The translations under genes and the position numbers were made by a program. DNA of 32,246 bases from a virus (Duplodnaviria; Caudoviricetes). The stretch is from positions 1 through 32,246 of the IMG/VR virus record IMGVR_UViG_3300029183_000023, one strand, 5' to 3'. Within the stretch, counting starts at the first letter, position 1. Every line of letters begins with the position of its first letter. Under the pieces are notes generated by a model. It did no database searches, was not told where the DNA came from, and saw nothing but the letters and a program-made list of their open reading frames with translations. This document shows positions 24,710 to 32,246 of this stretch, piece by piece.

Positions 24710-25120
24710 TTATTGTTGATGCGTCAATTGTTTCATGTGGATTCGAACGGCCGTCTCAAATCGATCCGTATATCGCCAAACTGGATCTGGCTCAAATGGC
24801 GATGCGTGAAATTCTCGTTCGTTTTGGCTGCCATCCGGTTTGGTAAATGTGACTCGGATCAAATCGCCGTTGTCCGGTCGGAATGATTCGCCGCTGTCCT
24901 TTACCAGGTCGGCCGGCCAGCAGATCAAGTCGTAAGCGTTGGTTGTTGGGACCCGCATTGCTTGTCCCTCAAGTAGCTCGGCCTCGACAACCAACTCGCC
25001 AAAACCAGCTTTTGCAATTTCAATCAGTTCATCCGCATGTCGAATAACAACGGAAACCATCGAGGCCGCAATAGCAGCCTCGACGGCGAGTTTCGCTGTG
25101 TGGGACAGGAATGAATTCAC
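24710..25120 (-). CDS. Head-tail connector/closure protein
   Basis: GTG start just after the capsid stop; PDNGDLI...WRYTD...VRIH motif. Confidence 0.6.
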   Translation of the reverse strand: MNSFLSHTAKLAVEAAIAASMVSVVIRHADELIEIAKAGFGELVVEAELLEGQAMRVPTTNAYDLICWPADLVKDSGESFRPDNGDLIRVTFTKPDGSQNEREFHASPFEPDPVWRYTDRFETAVRIHMKQLTHQQ

Positions 25121-25133
25121 TTCAACAAGGGGA

Positions 25134-26069
25134 TTAGGTAAGGGCCGCTGCGCCAACGATGGCTTCGGAAATCTCCAAAGATACGCCGTCAACATCGGTT
25201 GGAATTGGCTGGCGGGCCGCATCGCTGATTGAAGTCCGCGATCGCTGAATGGCTCGACGGCCGCGCCGTGAAGTAAACACATGCGTTGGTTGGTGGGTGG
25301 ATGGGAACAATGCGATGCCGTCCTGAACGTAGTCTTCAACATCGTTCGCAGTCACATCAACGTTTGCAATCCGAACGACGTCGTGGATTGAACCGAACTG
25401 CAGACCTAACCAGCTCATGATGGGAGTAACATAGCCGGTGAATTGTCCGATTGCATTGCCGCTGGAATCGTATTCGTTCAACTGTTGCGTTACGCGATCT
25501 TCGATTGTCAGCGGAGTATCGCCATTGTAAATGGCTGCCATGGCATTTTGCCCAGTTCGGATAATCCAGATGTCCTCGACATCGTTGCCCGAGCCCTGAG
25601 CGTCGACAACCTTGTCATCAGCCAACGCATTCAGGCCATCGTTCTCAACAAGTCCGACGAATCCATCGCCGTCGACGTTGGTACCGTAGATGAATTGACG
25701 GTCTGCCAAGTGAACGCCAGCCTGGAAGTTCTCCAAGCCGCGCATGGCCATGAAGTCGTCCGGCCCATGTTTGTAGTTGTCGGCGATCGCCTTGTCTTCA
25801 TGCGCCGTGGCATCAAGGACTTTCAATTGCGTGAGTACTTGTTCCTTTGTCCCTGGCGAGTTGTTGGCGCTCTTCCCAGGATCTCGAAAACCAACAGTGG
25901 GCGCGGTCAGTTCTTTCCAATATTCATGCTTATCGCCGTTGCTGGACTCCTCGGCGTGCAAGACGTTAAACATCGTGCCGGCATAGATGAAGTCCGATAC
26001 CATCAAGTCCGCAAGCGAGACATCGTTAAAGATGATCTGCTGCGCTAGGGTTGTGATTTGTGGAGGCAT
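25134..26069 (-). CDS. Major capsid protein (HK97 fold, epsilon15 gp7-like)
   Basis: PTVGFR...EDKAIAD...FIYG...FVGL...VVRIANV pattern; follows the protease. Confidence 0.82.
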   Translation of the reverse strand: MPPQITTLAQQIIFNDVSLADLMVSDFIYAGTMFNVLHAEESSNGDKHEYWKELTAPTVGFRDPGKSANNSPGTKEQVLTQLKVLDATAHEDKAIADNYKHGPDDFMAMRGLENFQAGVHLADRQFIYGTNVDGDGFVGLVENDGLNALADDKVVDAQGSGNDVEDIWIIRTGQNAMAAIYNGDTPLTIEDRVTQQLNEYDSSGNAIGQFTGYVTPIMSWLGLQFGSIHDVVRIANVDVTANDVEDYVQDGIALFPSTHQPTHVFTSRRGRRAIQRSRTSISDAARQPIPTDVDGVSLEISEAIVGAAALT

Positions 26070-26162
26070 TTTCTGTTTTCTCTAGGGTAGGGGTTCAGGG
26101 TCAAATGTGGGTTTTTGTTGCTTGGAGCGAAAAGCGAAAACCTGCTAAAACGCCGTGTTTTT

Positions 26163-27410
26163 TTAGTTGGCCGAGGCTTTGCGTTTAAACAGTCCCGCCC
26201 AGGATTGTTCCGGGCTGCCTTCGCCATCGACACCACTGGAACCATCCGCGCTGGAATCTCCCAGGTGTTTGATGCTGGCTTCGATGCGATCCAACCGCGC
26301 GTTCATTTCAGAATCAGCAGAGGTTTCGTCCTGGTCACCATCGTTTGCCTTGTTGGCGTTTTTCATTTCCGCCAGCTCAGCTTCCAATGCCGCGATTTTC
26401 TCGCTGTCGCTAAGCTCAACTTCCTCGTCGCTGGTAAGTTCCAGCAATGCGTCCAACTTCGTTTCAAGCGAAGTGAATCCGGTTTCGAGTTTGGCAAGTC
26501 GATCTTCGCTGTTGTTTTCAGCGGAATCGGTGTCAGCTGCTTTGCCCTGGTCTTTGTTGGTGTCTGTCGACATCGCTACCTCTTCAAAAAGTTCATCGAT
26601 TGAGAATTGAGCATCGGCAACGTGATCGATCAGACCATGTTCCAAGGCTTCTTTTGCTAAGTACCATTGCCCCTGGCCGTAGTTCTCACGAACCTGGTCA
26701 ACGGAAATTCCACGTCCCCGAGCGACAGCCTGGTCAAACAGGTCTCCGCTGGACGTGACCCATTGCTGCAGGGTTGCTCGGCCCTGGTCATCAAGTGGTT
26801 TGAATGGCGAGGCATCGCTTTTGTGCTGACCATGCTGGACGTGTTCAATTTTGATCCCGAATTCCGCAAAGAATCCGGATATATCCATGTGGTGATAGAT
26901 GGCTCCAACCGACCCGGTGGTTGTTGATGGCAATGCTGCGATGCCGTCCAGCTGGCTGGCCAGGTAATAACAGGCCGAACAGCACATTCCGGTTACCAGA
27001 CCGAGCATTGGCTTGGTTCCTCGGCCGCGAAACAACACGGTCGCAGCTTCATCAACCATCAAAGCGATGCCGCCTGGCGAATCCAGCATGTATGCGATCT
27101 TGGAAACAGCCGAATCGCCTAGTGCGATGTTTTGGTTTCGAATGATGGTCTCGATGGACGTTGCATATCCAGCTCGAGTCATCCAGTTTTCCCTAGGAAC
27201 GATCAGTCCGACGATCGGTATCCGAGCCACGCCGCCATCGATTCGCATTTCCGCACGTGCCATTCGCATGGCGCATGGCGTTGATTCGTGAATCCCGGAA
27301 ATCAACTGGGGAACAAGTTGTTGGAAATGATGTTGTGACATCCACAACGGTTGCGACAACAAGTCCGTCAAGGCCGCGATCGCAAATTTGTGTTTGTGTT
27401 TCTTGAACAT
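26163..27410 (-). CDS. S49 (SppA/ClpP-like) prohead protease with C-terminal scaffold
   Basis: DSPGG, CSACYYLAS, GSVG, VARGRG; acidic coiled-coil tail. Confidence 0.9.
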   Translation of the reverse strand: MFKKHKHKFAIAALTDLLSQPLWMSQHHFQQLVPQLISGIHESTPCAMRMARAEMRIDGGVARIPIVGLIVPRENWMTRAGYATSIETIIRNQNIALGDSAVSKIAYMLDSPGGIALMVDEAATVLFRGRGTKPMLGLVTGMCCSACYYLASQLDGIAALPSTTTGSVGAIYHHMDISGFFAEFGIKIEHVQHGQHKSDASPFKPLDDQGRATLQQWVTSSGDLFDQAVARGRGISVDQVRENYGQGQWYLAKEALEHGLIDHVADAQFSIDELFEEVAMSTDTNKDQGKAADTDSAENNSEDRLAKLETGFTSLETKLDALLELTSDEEVELSDSEKIAALEAELAEMKNANKANDGDQDETSADSEMNARLDRIEASIKHLGDSSADGSSGVDGEGSPEQSWAGLFKRKASAN

Positions 27411-27995
27411 TTAGGCAACGGCCTCGGCGGTTTGGTGGGATCGGGTCGAAAACTTGTAAACGCCGTCAAGGTAAACGTCCTTTGGGCGCGGTAACGTGCC
27501 AGGCTTACGAGCGTGAATAATCCATTCAGATTGCGACCGAAACCCGTTCTTGTGCGGCCGGCAGCCTCGTCCCTTATCCCACGTGAGAGTCGTTTTAAGC
27601 GACAAGCCAATTGAGCCGATAACACCCAGCATCGCTGAATGACTTCGCCAGTCGCAAAAAAACAACAGGTCACCGCCTGGCTTCAATACGCGCTCGCATT
27701 CAAGTAGCACGCCATGCATCATCGTTTGCCAGGCCTCCGGGAGCATCGAATCGCCGGCAATTGCAGGCAGCTTGTTCTTCGTGTCCGAATTCTGGTATTT
27801 GTCAGCTGACGATTTCAGGCGTCCCAATAGGGAAGTGGCTCCTGCAGCATAAGGAGGATCGCTAATGATGGCCTCAAACGTTGCCGCCTCGAACGATCGA
27901 ATGATTGCAGCCGAGTCGCCGTGATGGCATTTCCAGCGCCGCCCTTCCTTGCTTGACGTTTTGGACATCTTGCCTTTGCAGTTGTCACATATCAT
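27411..27995 (-). pseudogene. C-terminally truncated amino-(N6A/N4C) DNA methyltransferase
   Basis: SDPPY and TWDK present; ends at HQTAEAVA with no DPFxGxG SAM-binding motif. Confidence 0.65.
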
Positions 27996-29428
27996 GCAGC
28001 CATCTCCATTAGCTCAACAACCGCGTGTGCGACGCGTTGAACGTCGTTGTCTGAGAGTGATAGATTTGCGGTTTCGCGAATTTGCGTGTTTGTCACGTCA
28101 ACGGCCGATTGAGCAATTCGCATTTCCTCGGCGTCGATTTGATCCTGAAGACTAAACCAACTATCGCCGGACGTTTCGCGACGAATTTCCGACCGCGATC
28201 GCAGGCGCAAAGCAATCAGTTTTTCAGCTGCCGATGCCTCTTGCGCTGGATTGAACCACTGCACGCCAACCGGAATCCAGTTGCAGTACTTCCGATAGAT
28301 CGTGTCCAGGGTCATCGACCGTGGCAGCCGCAAGTTGCCTTGCGATATTTCAAAGTTCAAGCGCCATTTGGTGAGGTGCTTGAGCAGCGCCTGCACGCGC
28401 CGGCGTTTCGCCAGGCAGCTCATTAAGTACAGATTGAGCGCCGCTCGTGATCCAAAGAAATTGGTGTGGGCTTCGTCATAGAAATTGAATGGCAAATCGA
28501 GAGCCTTCATCGCCATGCCGATGACATGCTGCAGGAAGTTTGAAGTTTCCGTCGATGGCGTTCTGTCATCCAGCGTTTCGACCGATTCGTCCAGGCCGAT
28601 TTCCGTCATGAACGGCCCGTTGGTCAGGTCAACTTCGCCACCTTCAGGGTCCTCGCGCTTGACGATCAGGCCAAAGATTGTTGCCAATAGTTGCTTGGCT
28701 TGAATGTATCGAATTGTGTTGCCGGTTTGCCGGATTGAGTCCAGGCCTGGCGCGAATAAGGAAATACCTCGAGCTTGGTCAAATCGCTGAAAATACCCAA
28801 AGTGGTAAACCTTGATTGCCTGGAGGATTTTCTCCAACTCAAACTGCCCATTCTTAGTTCTGCGATGAATGGCATAGTGAGTGTTTCGGCCCATGCGATT
28901 TTGCAACACGCCGTTGATCCATCGATCAACCTTCGGCTTTTTTGGATTGCGAATTCGATCAGCTTCGATTGCCTGGACGTGACCAGACGACAGCTTCTCA
29001 ATCAACATGTCGCCAGCTGTTACGGCGCAGGCCTCGGAAGTTCGGACGTGATCCTGCAGGCCCATGCGGCCGCGAATATCAAAGACCTCCGGTTCAGACC
29101 ATTCTGCAACCAAGCCTTCGATATCGTCATCCAGGGCCTTAGAATCCGATGTGCAATCAAAATTCGTGGTTGCGATGAAGTCCTGGTGTTTTCGAGTCAT
29201 CCATCCGGCGATCGCAAAATTGCGATGTTCATCCATCGTGGCCGATTGAAGCTTGTCGCGGTCGCGGTGGTCTAGATGATCATCCTCACGTTTTAGAACT
29301 GCACGAGGCCGCTCGCGTAACTTGCTCGATTGGGTGGCGCCATATTTCCCAGGTTTGTAGCTGAGCGAATTCTCCGGACCGGTAGCCGGCCCTTGATCGG
29401 TAAATTCGTATCGTGATTCAGTCAGCAA
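27992..29428 (-). CDS. Portal protein, lambda family
   Basis: QAIEADRI, GV...GR...Y, QARGIS, TNFFGSRAAL, WFNPAQE. Confidence 0.92.
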   Translation of the reverse strand: MLTESRYEFTDQGPATGPENSLSYKPGKYGATQSSKLRERPRAVLKREDDHLDHRDRDKLQSATMDEHRNFAIAGWMTRKHQDFIATTNFDCTSDSKALDDDIEGLVAEWSEPEVFDIRGRMGLQDHVRTSEACAVTAGDMLIEKLSSGHVQAIEADRIRNPKKPKVDRWINGVLQNRMGRNTHYAIHRRTKNGQFELEKILQAIKVYHFGYFQRFDQARGISLFAPGLDSIRQTGNTIRYIQAKQLLATIFGLIVKREDPEGGEVDLTNGPFMTEIGLDESVETLDDRTPSTETSNFLQHVIGMAMKALDLPFNFYDEAHTNFFGSRAALNLYLMSCLAKRRRVQALLKHLTKWRLNFEISQGNLRLPRSMTLDTIYRKYCNWIPVGVQWFNPAQEASAAEKLIALRLRSRSEIRRETSGDSWFSLQDQIDAEEMRIAQSAVDVTNTQIRETANLSLSDNDVQRVAHAVVELMEMAA

Positions 29429-29429
29429 A

Positions 29430-29540
29430 TTAACCTGCTCGTTGCTTCAGGAATTTGGCTCGGGCTTTTCTTCGCTGCCTTTTCTGTTCAGGAGTCAGGC
29501 GTTTGCAGCGTTTTTTGCGCGGTCGTTCAGTTTTTTCCAT
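29430..29540 (-). CDS. 36-aa highly basic peptide
   Basis: MEKTERPRKKRCKRLTPEQKRQRRKARAKFLKQRAG exactly fills the gap between the gpW-like and portal genes. Confidence 0.6.
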   Translation of the reverse strand: MEKTERPRKKRCKRLTPEQKRQRRKARAKFLKQRAG

Positions 29541-29542
29541 GA

Positions 29543-29746
29543 TTACATTTGGATTGGTCGAAACGGACTCGAAGACGTGCCGTTCAGGAGAGCGTCCAGT
29601 TCACGTTTGAGCTTTGACCGTTGGGTCCGAAGCTGCTTGAGGTCGATCGACGCCTTGAGTCCGTCTGTTTCGACCGCTGACGCGCCGGCGTTTAACCGCT
29701 CGTCGATCAGAGCGATTGCATCTTCAAGTTCTTGTTGCGTGGCCAT
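29543..29746 (-). CDS. gpW-like head completion protein
   Basis: Small helix-beta-helix protein between terminase and a lambda-type portal. Confidence 0.7.
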   Translation of the reverse strand: MATQQELEDAIALIDERLNAGASAVETDGLKASIDLKQLRTQRSKLKRELDALLNGTSSSPFRPIQM

Positions 29747-29797
29747 GCGGGCATTGTTGGGATTGGCCGCCGCCTGGTGAATCACAATCGCGCGGTG

Positions 29798-30154
29798 TTA
29801 ATCGACAGAGTTGTTTTGCGGCTTGGTGGGATCGAATTCATAGCTGAAATCGTTGCGTGGTTCTCCACAATCTGAGCATGACGTGGCACGTCGCACGATT
29901 TTGTTGTATCTGAAGCCCAGGCTCGTTTCGCCTTCCAGGTCGTAAACACGCGCCTTCAATTTGTAAGGTGTGCGATTTGTGGAACCGCAACAGACACATG
30001 CCGATGGTAGATGGGTCGCGTTTGATCGCGGTATTTCTTTCGAACCGGACTTTCTACCTTGCCCGCGCCCAGGTCCACCATGCTTTCCTTTCAGGGGGTT
30101 GCTGGATGCGTCCCAATCGCGGCCGCGATCGCGTTTAGAACCGTCCGCTGTCAT
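29798..30154 (-). CDS. Zn-finger protein with GGPGRGQGRK motif
   Basis: CVCC...CSDC; basic Gly-rich N-terminus. Confidence 0.65.
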   Translation of the reverse strand: MTADGSKRDRGRDWDASSNPLKGKHGGPGRGQGRKSGSKEIPRSNATHLPSACVCCGSTNRTPYKLKARVYDLEGETSLGFRYNKIVRRATSCSDCGEPRNDFSYEFDPTKPQNNSVD

Positions 30155-30155
30155 A

Positions 30156-32204
30156 TTAAATCTCCCGCTTGACCTTGAACCGCGTTTTGTTGCGCGGTGG
30201 CTTTTGTGCCTTGCCTTCCAGCTCCAGTGAAGCCAAGACCATGCAACCGACCAGGCAATCGAAGTAATGATTCTCGGCCCCAGGCTTTAACTTCCACTCA
30301 TTGACCGCTCGTCGTGAAACAACCAGCGCGTCTGATTCCCCAAGCACGTGATCGAAAAACAGCTCGTGATCGCTATCGGTGCCTTCAAAGATGGTCAGTG
30401 TTTCTTCTGATTCATTGGGAGTGCTCAACGCAATATGCGTGTTGGTTTTCCAATCATTGGTGTCCCACAAAACCATTTCGACGGCCTTCGTCGTTTGCTT
30501 TTTGCGTATCCAGGCAGGTCCCTTCTCCTCGCCGGGCTTCCGTTGCCATTCATCCATGTGTCGGTCCCTGGCTGGAACTGCTCGGCCATGGCTTGCAATC
30601 AGGATGCCTCGGTGCACGTGGTTTCGAATCGCCTTCTTGACGTTTTTCTCGGTCGGCCCCCAATTACAATCGAAGGCTTGGCGATTGATCGAGAAAATTG
30701 AGCCAGGCGTTTGCCCGCGCCAATGTCGGCCGATTAGTTCTGTCGCGAGCTCAGTCACAGCGGCTTGAACAGCCTCTTTCATGGATAGGTCAGGAAATCT
30801 GTCGCCAATGGTGTTTTTCGCAAGATCAAGCGAAAAGTAACGGTCTGATTGAGGAGGCCAGGTACCGTACTCGACGACATGTCGAAGTCCTGGCCCAGCG
30901 GCCATCGTGACCCAATACAAAAGGTTTTTGTGAACGTCCGAGAATGCGACCAGCCGCGTGGCTTCCAACGGGACAATCGAACGTGGAATGTAAATACATG
31001 ATTGCTTTATTTCGTCCCGAGTTGATTTGACCGACGTGGAAGGAACAACTTGGCGTTTGGGTTTGTTCTGGCATTCAGCCCAAAACGCCTCTTCTCCATC
31101 ATCGATGAGAATGTTCATCGCGTGTTGAATCGCGGAAATTTCCTGTGCGTCAGGATCGTTCCAGGCAAATGCCCACTCCCAGGTCGCTATAGCGCCGGCG
31201 TCCATTTTCGTTCGGTTCTTGCGATAGAAAACGGTCGCGTTGCGGTGGGCTGCCCGCTGTGATTCAATGTCGCCTTCTTTGTAGTTTTGCCGAATGTCAG
31301 CGTAGTTGGTCAACCACAATTCCAAATTGGTTGGCATGGATTCCAGCATTTGGTAACGAACCGTTAGCCAACTTGGGTCCGCCGCTAGCTGGTCTGGAAC
31401 GTCATCAGGTTCCATGATTGTGCAGGCCATCAACACCGAAATTGTGTAAGAGTGGCCGCCTAGCCTCAGCAATGACTTGCGGATTTTCTTTAGACTTTTT
31501 CGTATCGCCGTCGCCGACTGCGCTTGATCATCCGTTTGTATGTCATCAAGCAATAAAAGATCTGGACGCAGGGTCCCTTTTGCCTGGCGAATCACAAGGC
31601 CACGAGCATTGCTGATATTTCGAATAACCAGGTTGTTTCCGCTGCCCTCGAATCCTTTAACGGTTGGCAAAACGATTCGGTCGGCCAGGTAGCGCAACTT
31701 CGTTGCCTCACCGCATGAATGTTGGCTTATCGCGCGTTGCGCTTTGCCTTCCAGCTTACGGATCGGATAGCAAACCTGGGGAAACAGATCGAACAAAACG
31801 TCGTTGTTCTCAAGTTCGTACTTTATGCCCTCGACGATTTGTTCCGCGACTGCTGAGAAAAGAGCGATGTAGTTTCGGTAATTGTAAAGCAGCGCCCAAA
31901 GTCCCTCCTGGCTCAATCGGCTGGTCTTACCATAGCCCCGAGGCTCAATCTTTTGATTTCGACCGCCGTTGATAATGACGTTTTTCGATATCTCGATCGA
32001 GTCGCGTTGAACCGGGCCGAAAGGTTTTAGCCCAGTTGAATTCCTAAAGACTTCGCTGTGCCAAAGTGCCAGGTCTGTCGCGCATGCATCGCGAAGTTCC
32101 TTGTTTCGGCACGCAGGTATTTTTCCTATATCGGACGTTTCTGACCTACGTTTTTTTGCAAACTCGGCCTTTCTTTCTCGTTCCCGATCTTCTCGTCCCG
32201 CCAT
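30156..32204 (-). CDS. terL: Terminase large subunit (GpA-like nuclease)
   Basis: Walker A PRGYGKT, Walker B LLLLDD, nuclease ENHYFDC. Confidence 0.92.
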   Translation of the reverse strand: MAGREDRERERKAEFAKKRRSETSDIGKIPACRNKELRDACATDLALWHSEVFRNSTGLKPFGPVQRDSIEISKNVIINGGRNQKIEPRGYGKTSRLSQEGLWALLYNYRNYIALFSAVAEQIVEGIKYELENNDVLFDLFPQVCYPIRKLEGKAQRAISQHSCGEATKLRYLADRIVLPTVKGFEGSGNNLVIRNISNARGLVIRQAKGTLRPDLLLLDDIQTDDQAQSATAIRKSLKKIRKSLLRLGGHSYTISVLMACTIMEPDDVPDQLAADPSWLTVRYQMLESMPTNLELWLTNYADIRQNYKEGDIESQRAAHRNATVFYRKNRTKMDAGAIATWEWAFAWNDPDAQEISAIQHAMNILIDDGEEAFWAECQNKPKRQVVPSTSVKSTRDEIKQSCIYIPRSIVPLEATRLVAFSDVHKNLLYWVTMAAGPGLRHVVEYGTWPPQSDRYFSLDLAKNTIGDRFPDLSMKEAVQAAVTELATELIGRHWRGQTPGSIFSINRQAFDCNWGPTEKNVKKAIRNHVHRGILIASHGRAVPARDRHMDEWQRKPGEEKGPAWIRKKQTTKAVEMVLWDTNDWKTNTHIALSTPNESEETLTIFEGTDSDHELFFDHVLGESDALVVSRRAVNEWKLKPGAENHYFDCLVGCMVLASLELEGKAQKPPRNKTRFKVKREI

Positions 32205-32229
32205 GCTGCGCTACTATCTACACCTTTCG

Positions 32230-32246
32230 GATCGTGACTGGGAAAC
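32230..32246 (-). other. Random-amplification primer, library artefact
   Basis: Reverse complement of bases 1-17. Confidence 0.93.

Noticed and set aside
29798-30154. Terminase small subunit
   Set aside because: Only a Gly/Arg motif supports it and it lies downstream of terL; a true terS may be beyond the contig end.

Overview
Near-complete ~32 kb genome of a temperate siphovirus in its excised form (attP intact), most likely infecting Planctomycetota. Both ends carry the same 17-nt random-amplification primer, so the true termini are not visible. Almost every gene is on the minus strand. Reading right to left: terminase, portal, protease/scaffold, capsid, tail with esterase and beta-helix receptor-binding proteins, Stealth-like transferase, attP (3' half of tRNA-Arg-ACG), tyrosine integrase, early genes (RHH regulator, CsrA, C5 methylase, initiator with internal iterons), an accessory region, and a membrane/lysis block built around a papain-like protease-thioredoxin fusion. 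The most striking element is the accessory region 4120-5984. It is a phage-borne integron-type cassette array with three intact attC sites, one chimeric attC, an attI-like start and no integron integrase in the window. Its genes run antisense to the attC sites, and three of the four start inside the attC, using an SD provided by the L' box. Two cassettes carry an internal perfect complement of their own circle junction, and a third carries a partial one. All family calls come from motif recognition, not from database searches.
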